From NCBI GenBank assembly GCA_002269645.1, contig NIVC01002540.1, forward strand, positions 1 to 64,000: a stretch of 64,000 nt of DNA, in the 5' to 3' direction. The notes under the pieces are model-generated. The model had not been told where the DNA came from and searched no databases. It saw only the letters and a list, made by a program, of their open reading frames with translations. This stretch comes from Macrostomum lignano. Lineage: Eukaryota. The position numbers were made by a program, and so were the translations under genes. This document shows, piece after piece, positions 55,391 to 64,000 of this stretch. Within the stretch, counting starts at the first letter, position 1; each line of letters begins with the position of its first letter.

Positions 55391-57301
55391 ACCATTCTTA
55401 GTTTAGACAAAAAAACAAAATGTTGATTTAAAAGAAACATTTTCTATTGAAACAATCCTTATTAAGTAGTGAACATACAATAAAAGATGCATATTGAACA
55501 TATAAAATAAAATAAAACTTGCATTATTTCATATTTTTTTGTCATTTTATTTTCCATTGCAAAAAATACCAAATTGCTAGATTTCATCTTAAATATTTGG
55601 TTTCTTGTGGTTTTAATGGTAGTTTTTTATTTAAATTGATGAAAGAATTGTTTTTTGCAAAATAATTACTTTATTCAAAAACTTTTTTTCTGTACTAAAA
55701 CATCATGATCTTAATTTGAGAACTATCTATATACCATTTTGGTATGCTGTATATATATACCTTGTATGCTAGAAGTTTTCTAGGTGTAAGAACTAAAGTT
55801 TTAAACCTTTATAGCACTCAAGTTTTAGCATATGGATTAGTCATAATAGTGCCTATAGTGGTACTGGTACCTCATAATAAGTCAATTTTTGTTATTAGGC
55901 CTAATTAAAATTAACTACTAGTCAATAACAATACATTAATTATTACATTATTTAACACAAATTTGTTAGGCCACAGCTGAGAAAGGGTCATCCCCTCCCC
56001 TCTCAACTGCGTCCGCCCTAGCTGCGTGGCAATGTTTGTTTGTAACTTACTGTAACAAGCTGTTTCTTTAATCTAGTTGGATTATCAGATTTCTTCGAAA
56101 AAGCATAACTTGAAATTTACTGGTATACTTATAAAGTATAACACGAGAAAAAATAAGAAAACACTCATCTTAGATAATAAAAGACCTGATAACTCTCTGA
56201 ATCATTTTGTCTAGAAATTCTTACTGTTTTAATTAAGATCGTTCAAGAAAACATGGCAAAGTTTGTGATAAGTATGAACTATGAAGTTTTAAATCAAGGA
56301 AAATATCGTGAAAAATGGGCATGCATGCATGCATTGCATAGATGCAAGTTCATTGTGATGTGTATGTGTATCTGGCTGAGCCTGGCTCTGACAGATAGGG
56401 ACATTGTAGATTATTTCTCAAAGGTTTGATAGTGATATTCTCAAAAGGTTTTTTTGTTGATTTAAATTCAACACGACCAAGTGCTTTAAAATGAAAGCAG
56501 CAAAGCAATAAAAGAAAGCTTACAAACTCACGGGTCTCACGCATGAGTCACGCCTTTGAGCACTAAATTAACATTAACACGTAGTAGGGTGTAGACTAGG
56601 TAGTATGTCTAAACTAGTTGCAATGCAATGCCTCAAATTAAATTAATCTCTAAAGTCTAGCACTTAGCTTTTCATGTTTGTTAAAAAGCAGAATGGCTTA
56701 ATTTTACTTGTAGAAATAATTGATTTTGATACTGTACACTCTTATCAACCCCTGCCCGGTGCCCCGCCTCACTCCAATGTACACTCTTATCACAGTTTAT
56801 TTAATAAATTTATATTTGAATTGCAATATTAATATTGTTTCTAAGCAGTATTTAAATTGCATGGTCTATTGTTTAAATTTAATGGATATTTGATTTAAAA
56901 TATAATTATAATTAAATTATGTATAGTTATAGTATAGGCTATAGCTACTAAAGTCTAGAACTAGATTTTAGATAAGTAAATTTTTGGCATCAATTTAGAT
57001 CTAATAGATGGTAGCACTCAAATTGATTTCAGTTTAGTTCATTCTTCAATATTATATAATTGATTAATAAATAATTTAGACTAGATACTAGAAAGAGCTT
57101 ATATAAAAAACTAGGCCTAGGATATAATAAATCTAAATAGTATGCATACTAGAACTAGATCACTTGACTTATTAATATCAAGAATTAAAACTTTTTATAT
57201 TTTACTTTTAGAAAGTATATTTAAATAGACCTTACTAATTTTGCTTGTTTATTCTAGAGAAAATCTTGTTTATTACTCTAATATTAAGTTTATACATGTG
57301 T

Positions 57302-57472
57302 AACCTTGGAAATCACTTAGCCATTTCTATTGGCAACATACATGTAAGTTGCTATTGGCTGAGAATTGGTTAGTCTAGAAAAGACTACTATTCTATCCAA
57401 TAGCAACTTATATTGCTTTTTGTTATTGCACTGTATGTTGCCAATAGAAACAACTAGGTGAATCCCTAGGTT
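57302..57472. mobile_element. Small MITE-like hairpin
   Basis: TTTCTATTGGCAACATAC and AAGTTGCTATTGG on the left are mirrored by CCAATAGCAACTT and GTATGTTGCCAATAGAAA on the right; the termini are also inverted. Confidence 0.55.
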
Positions 57473-57974
57473 GTGCCCAAATATGATTTAGTTTTTTATA
57501 AGTCTACCTTGAAATTTTTTTAAATACAACTTTTGAATTTAAATAAGTTATTAAATGACTGCACTTAGCCAATCATTATCACTACTTATGCTATTTTGTT
57601 TAGCTGAGGAATTCCCATATAATTGACTCTATATTAATATTGTGGCTGGGGCCAAATTATAACAAATAGCTCTTTAACTATGAGTATAGTAGACAAAATG
57701 CAAATATGCTAGAGAAAGCTAGTTCCCTAATCCCTTGTTATGGACACTAGCTTTGGTATATTGGTATATGTTTTTTATCTATACTAAATGGCTATCAGCA
57801 AAAATATCATTTGGCTATAATTGGGTAAAAAACATGAAAATATTATAAGTGGGCTATGTCTAGGCATAGTTGGGATCTAGTAAACATTGAATGGGACTTC
57901 ACTATTAATCGTGAGATGGACCAATATGACAGCTGATTTAATGCATGCTTGCTTTATCTGAACCTCTAAAGGCC

Positions 57975-59855
57975 ATGATTAAGGCGATCCTCATATTCAA
58001 CAACCATGGCAAGCCGCGCCTCACCAAGTTCTACATGCACTATGCGGAGGATGAGCAGCAGCAGGTGATTCGTGAAACCTTCCAACTAGTCTCTAAGCGC
58101 GACGACAATGTCTGCAATTTTCTTGAGGGAGGCACCCTGATTGGTGGGCAAGACTATCGGCTCATCTATCGCCACTATGCCACGCTGTACTTTGTGTTCT
58201 GCGTGGACTCATCCGAGTCCGAGCTGGGCATCCTCGATCTTATCCAGGTGTTTGTAGAGACGCTGGATAAGTGCTTCGAGAATGTGTGCGAGCTCGATCT
58301 GATCTTTCACATGGATAGGGTGCATTGCATACTGAATGAGCTGGTGATGGGCGGCATGGTGCTCGAGACCAATATGAACGAGATTGTGGCCAGGTAAGGG
58401 AGTCCTAGCATCTTTCAATAGTTGAACAACCAAAGTGGGGAAATTCTCCCATCAGACTGTCGGGTGCCATTTTCAAGGTGTCAAACCCAAGCAAACTAAA
58501 AGCAACAGAAACACTTGAATTTTTTTATGTTAACAGTAGGAATACCATAGGAAGCCATTTTTCTGCCCGTCGAACTACCAGGGATCCCCCTGACAAATTT
58601 TTTGCTGCGACAGACGGAGCAATGCAGGTACACGAAATTTAAGACCGTTGCGCACCTTCTCAAACAAGAATCAGGTCGCCAGCCCTCCGGACCGTCGAGA
58701 TATTCAACAATTCTGCCAGAAGGTCGGATTTTTTCCATTAACGCTATGCGCCAATCAGCACTGCGCCTCAGTGCGGCCTTCCCAGGCCTCCAAATTTCAT
58801 CACCACGTCGACCACATGTGTCTGCATCAGCTCTGACTTCGTTAGTCACTGGCCTTCACCCAGGCGGAGCTTCTGGACCTTTAACAGGTGGCACCAGGTG
58901 ACTATAGAAACTTTATTGCGAATTTCTCTAATTTCTCTGATCAAGCCTGGACGGTGAGCAAACCTCAACTGCTGAACAACCTCAGCTAGGCTCTCAAGCA
59001 TTCCGTCACCATCGCGACGCCGTAGGCACCTTCAGCAGATGACATCAGAGGATTATGAACAATTAAATAATTAAATTACAGTGAGTAGCAATACCTTAGT
59101 ATCTATATTACGTTTATATAAGCCTAAGATTAATTATAGTCATCTTTATCCGATTGCATTTGGATGACGAATAAATGTCTAAGTTGACTATTTGAGAACA
59201 CCTAGCAGCTGAGGTTTGTCCACTGTTGAGGCTTGATTAGCGAGCGATTATAGAGAAGTTCGCAACAGGGTACATAGTCACCTGGTGCAATCTGTCGGAT
59301 GTCCAGAAGCTCCCTCTGGGTGAAGACCAGTGATCAGCAAAGCCAGAGCTGATGCAGGCACATGTGGTCGGCGTGTTGATAAAATTTGGAGGCTTGGCAA
59401 GGCTGCACTGAGACGCAGTGCTGATTGGCGCACAGGGGTGTACTGATACTGAATCAGACCTTGTGGCAGAATCGTCAAATATCTCGACGTTCCGGAAGAC
59501 TGGCGACGTGATTTTTGTTTGAGAAGATGCGCAACAAAAAGTTAGTCCGTCCGTGTTCTCGAATTTCGCGTGTCTGCGTTGCTCTGTTCCGGCGCAGCAA
59601 AAAATATTTTCAAGGTAGTTCTACCGCTAAAACCCTAGTACTATGTCAGTGCATGCTGATGGTGAGCATCACAATATCGCCTTCCATCACCGGTCCCAAA
59701 GGTTCGAAGAGCAGCAGAAGTTGCAGAAGTCAGAATCCGGCTTCAGCGCGATGCCGAATCGAGCGGTCTCCACTGTTCGGGACATGAATCTGTCGCAGAA
59801 GCTGCGCGATATAAAGATACCCGACATGCCGTCATTTTCTTCGCTGTACCAGTAG
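57975..59855 (+). CDS. AP3S: AP-3 adaptor complex sigma subunit, join(57975-58393, 59702-59855), 190 aa
   Basis: MIKAILIFNNHGKPRLTKFY...VCNFLEGG...YRLIYRHYATLYFVFCVDSSESELGILDLIQVFVETLDKCFENVCELDLIF is the AP3S1/2 signature. A GT-AG intron keeps the frame into FEEQQKLQKSESG...RAVSTVRDMNL. Confidence 0.95.
58565..59626. mobile_element. Old foldback element (diverged ~420-bp inverted arms) filling the AP3S intron
   Basis: 58565-58990 aligns by eye with the reverse complement of 59199-59626 (e.g. CCAATCAGCACTGCGCCTCAGTGC / GCACTGAGACGCAGTGCTGATTGG; GCACCAGGTGACTAT / ATAGTCACCTGGTGC). Confidence 0.7.
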
Positions 59856-62027
59856 TTGGCGTTGAATGACTTGAACCATGTACCTTATGATGGTGTACCT
59901 ACAAGAATCCATTTATAGTGTTCAGATTTTTCAATGCGATTTTAACGAAGGAGCAAAGTTGTAAATTCTGGGGCAAGTTTTTATAACAACTCAGGACGTT
60001 CACTCGCGAATGGTGGAAATTCTAGGAAAGGCCGCTCGTGCCTGCTTTAGATATGTCTATGGCACTGAAGCCTTTCGATAAAGAAGCAAATGTTTTATAT
60101 ATATTAAAAAATGACACCGAGGTCTCATTGCCATAGACATGGAGTTACTTCGGGTGACTACAGTCTATGGATTATTGACTAGGGAAAGTTCAATACAAAA
60201 TTCCAGTCATTGATTCTCTGAAAAAAATTATTGTCAGTCAGTCAGTCTGGAAAAGACGGTGACAATTGGATGGATCGTGTTCCTATTTCTATTACAATAG
60301 CAGCAAACATTTGAATCAATCGAGCATGTATTATTTCCAATAAATTTCTTGCCTCACAAAGTGTAGTTATATCAATATTTGGCAACGAGTTGGCTTGTCA
60401 ATGCTTCAATTTTGCGCTCAATGGATTCAATTGGTTGCTCACTTGCTTGACACAGTTTTTACCAAGTGCAGACTATATAGACAACAATTGTTTTTTATTT
60501 GCCTGCCCGTTCCGGCCTACCCAACTTCTGCTCACAAATCTGAGAAGGCATGCCCAGAGCCAAAAAACACATTTGAAAATTTATCGAAGAACACATTTCT
60601 ACATTTGTTTTGCAGCTGTTTGTGCTTTGCATTACGAGTAGCGTACGCGAATAAAAGAGATATTTCTTGAATTGCTGGACATTCCGGAGGCTGTCATATT
60701 GACTGGATACGGAAATCCCTTTTAAATTCAACAAGCCAATAAGGAAACGCTCGAGTTCGTTAATTTTACTCTTAACGGTATAATTGTTATGAATATAACA
60801 GACAGAAAACTGCTAATAAACGCACATCGTAAAATTGTATTTTTTGCTGGTTTTATATAGCGCGGAGTTAAATAGTAAGAATCATAGTAATGATATAATT
60901 AAAAACAATAATACAATACAGTACGTGCGAGGAAACCACACAGTCCAATATAAGCGGATGAGGGTGCTGAAGCAGCAAGCGAAGTTGAAAAAAAAGCAAA
61001 GAAAAAAGCAGAGAAGACAAACAAAAGAACGGATTTCGGAATCTACACTCGCAGAGCAGCTTAGCAACAGATATGGAGAGGGAGGGGAGACAACAGAAAA
61101 GCAGCAAAGCAGAAGCTGGGACGGGGAGACGGACGACTTTATACATAAAACGTTAAGCAAAGCTGTTAGATGTATAGAAGTGTATATCTAATTTTTTTGA
61201 GGACAAATCTACAAAAAGGTAACCTAGCGCAGTTGAGTAAATAAATGTAGATTAAATAAATATTGTGCATTTTTATGCTAAGCTGAAATGACCATGAAAT
61301 CAATAAGAAATAATTTTAAACTTATAATATAGAGAACAGATGGCAAAACACCAAAGCATGACGGAAACGAGGCTGTATTGTTGCCGAAATAAAAATTGTG
61401 CGAGTTCTAAACAAATAAGCAGTGTGTGACAATAGCGCCACACAAACAGCTTATATTAGTACGTGTGTATGTACAGGCAGGTATATATGCATATATTATA
61501 TCAACTATATATATATCAGTGGGATCGAATCAGCTGCCGCAGGCCCCGCTGCCCCGGAGGCGGGGAGGATATGGGGGAGTAGATGGAGTTAGCGAAAAAT
61601 GATTTAAAAAAAGCAGACGAGCTCTGCGATGACAAAATCACTAAAAAAAGTCATTTGTATATATGTACAGGCTACATAACCGCACACGGTTTGACTAGGA
61701 ACAGATCTGCTGTGCGAGTGATTTTGTGACAACAAACACTTTTTTATTACTGATAGTAATCGCGCACGAAACTAGCAATAAATTTATATATATATTAAAA
61801 AATCGTTTTTATGCTAAAAAAATTCTACAGGGGCTCCGCACCTCCTATTTACAGATAGTCTGAAGTCGACACCACAAACAGAATAGAAAGCGGAAACAAA
61901 TAGAAATTATTGGGGCAGCTAAGTGAACAATCCAGCTCTAGAGGAGCGTTATAAAGACTTGGGAGAGGCCGATTTGACTTCCTTCAACTGCCCAGTCAAC
62001 GGCTATATTAAGAGATTCTTATTACAG

Positions 62028-63043
62028 TCACAAGGATGTATAGGTCAGCTGCTGCTGCTGGCGATCGTGAGGCCCAGCGGAGGCGGCCGCAACGGTAGCG
62101 GAAGCGGAGGAGACCAGAGTAACGCCCGGCATTGAGGCGGCCAGCTGCGAAGAATCCAATAGCAGCAAATTAGCGAAGCCAAGCTGCTGCTGTTGCTGCT
62201 GAAGAAGCTGTTGCTGTTGCTGCGGCTGCATCTGCTGCTGCGGTTGGAGTTGCTGCGGCTGGAGCTGCTGTTGAGGCTGGAGCTGCTGAGGCTGCAGCTG
62301 CTGAGGCTGCGGCTGCTGCTGGCCATCAGTAGCGGCTTCCGGTAAAAGAAACTGCGGCCTAAAATACGGACTCTGCTGATCGGTGGCCAGCTGGTAGTAC
62401 ACAGTAGGCTGGTAGATCTGCCACTCGTAGGGCTGGCCGGGCTGCTGAGTGAGCAGGGCGTATTGAGTTCCGCCAGGCCCGCCCAGCGCAATGCCACCCC
62501 CTGTTCCCGTTGTGACTGTAGGCTGCGCAGTGGAGTCCATTTTTACTGTTCTCAGCAGAGTAGTTCCCATCATTTGCTGCTGCTGCTGCTGCTGTTGTTG
62601 TTGTTGAAGCTGCTGCTGCAATAATTGCTGCTGCTGCAACTGCTGCTGTTGTTGCAGTTGCAGTTGTTGCTGTTGTTGTTGTTGCTGTTGCTGCTGCTGC
62701 TGTTGCTGGGCTTTTGACCGGGACTTGCCTCCAGATTTGGTGGCGCGAGCCGGCGCTGCTGAATTAGCAACGGCAGCGGCTGGAGCAGTCGCCGGCGCCT
62801 CCCCGCCGCCCTGCCCATCGGCGGCGGCGGCTGCGGCTTCGGCCTTCCGTTTGCGTCGCCGTTCGGCTTTCCTGACGCTCTTGGGATCCGGCTGGGTGAC
62901 CCGCATCTCCGTGTAGTCGGTGAACACCACCTCGGCGTCGTTCAGGGCGCCAATCGACAGGCCAACCACGTGGTCGCGGAGTTTCCTCAGCGCCAGATAG
63001 AATGGCAGCTTGTCGGCGGCGCGCGCAACTGTGCGCAGCGGGC
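62028..63043 (-). CDS. Terminal exon of an uncharacterised Gln-rich protein
   Basis: Acceptor TCTAG at ~63044. Open frame RPLRTVARAADKLPFYLALRKLRDHVVGLSIGALNDAEVVFTDYTEMRV...RKAERRRKRK (NLS-like), then poly-Q tracts. Upstream exons are not identified in the window. Confidence 0.7.
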
Positions 63044-63939
63044 GCTAGACGAGGGCATAACAAACACCACAATGTCTGTGCCAGGCAGTCGCTCGGGCTG
63101 CTTGCCCATGTAGAAATTCTTGTTGCCAACAAATGCTTCATAGATGCCTGGCAAGTGAAAATGTGTGTTAAATTGATTTACTGGGTCTTGGTTCTGAGTT
63201 TCAACGAGAGAGCCTAACTACTAAAGAAGCCACAAGTTTAGCGTATCATTAAAAGTGCACTAGTAAAAGTACATCAGTACACTAAAAGTACATCAGTACA
63301 TTAAAAGTACACCAGTATATTAAAAGTACATGTATCATAAATCGACAGCGCTTTTTAACGACCGGCACTAAAACTCCATTGTTTTTTCTAACTAAAATCA
63401 CCCCAGTTGACCCTAGCCTATATGATAGAACCATAAGTTATAATTTTTCATTTTTCTCGTATTCCTAGCCGTAGGTGATTAATTTCCCGTAACTTGCCAC
63501 AACTTCTAATGGCGTCTCATGTATTGTAGAAGAATTCTGGAAATGCATTTACCTTAACTTTTGCCCCACCAGGCCACCACCCCCACCCCAACCAAAAACT
63601 CTGTTGCTTGGATTTAGGAGTCCTTCTCACAAGAGCTTTAAAATATGTGTTTCCGTAACCATATCCGTAACCGTAGCTATGGCGGAACTTAAACTATAAC
63701 TAAAATAAGCATCTACCGTAATGCCAGCTCACCTTTGCCATTGAAGACGGCAATTTTCGGTTTGTAGCGCTTTAACTTCACCAGCAGGCTTTCAACGCCT
63801 TCCTTCATTTCTTTTCTGGAAATAGATTTCAATGCGATTGGTTGTAAGCGACTTGCAGGAATGACAAGTCAAAGAAAAGCATCACATCTAGTCTGATTTT
63901 AAAGCAAAAAACAAAATTTCTAACTGGGAAAATCTGGGA

Positions 63940-63995
63940 AGCCCAGTGGTGGCGGCCCAGGCTCGATTCCAAGTGCAGTCACATTAATTTGGGGC
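63940..63995 (+). mobile_element. Truncated copy of the tRNA-derived SINE
   Basis: AGCCCAGTGGT...CCCAGGCTCGATTCCAAGTGCAGTCACATTAATTT matches the element at 4610-4847. Confidence 0.6.
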
Positions 63996-64000
63996 TGAAT

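Overview
Eukaryotic (animal) genomic DNA: spliceosomal introns, GC-rich exons in AT-rich spacers and many intronic minisatellites. The style suggests a flatworm such as Macrostomum, but that is only an inference. Host genes: a tandem cluster of three secreted PAN/apple-like + ALK/LTK-type glycine-rich-domain genes (one complete, one lacking a located first exon, one decayed), an orphan coiled-coil ORF, an ammonium transporter (Amt, 9 exons located plus a tentative terminal exon), a p75NTR-like death-domain receptor (3' exons), a very divergent POU homeobox gene, AP-3 sigma subunit, and the last exon of a Q-rich gene. Mobile DNA: an internally deleted Ty3/Gypsy element (7123-9084), a foldback element, MITE-like hairpins and tRNA-derived SINEs. 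The highlight is a young, full-length 10.9-kb Ty3/Gypsy element (26465-37395; 1057-bp near-identical LTRs, TTAG target-site duplication). Its envelope-like glycoprotein is embedded in frame BETWEEN Gag and protease, giving an apparent single ~2500-aa Gag-Env-PR-RT-RH-IN polyprotein with an internal signal peptide, a furin site and a TM anchor. YPxI, PTAP and PPxY late-domain-like motifs cluster in the Env cytoplasmic tail, and a small myristoylation-motif RING ORF follows integrase. Several genes, including the conserved Amt, carry single-base deletions in homopolymer runs, so the apparent frameshifts may be assembly errors.
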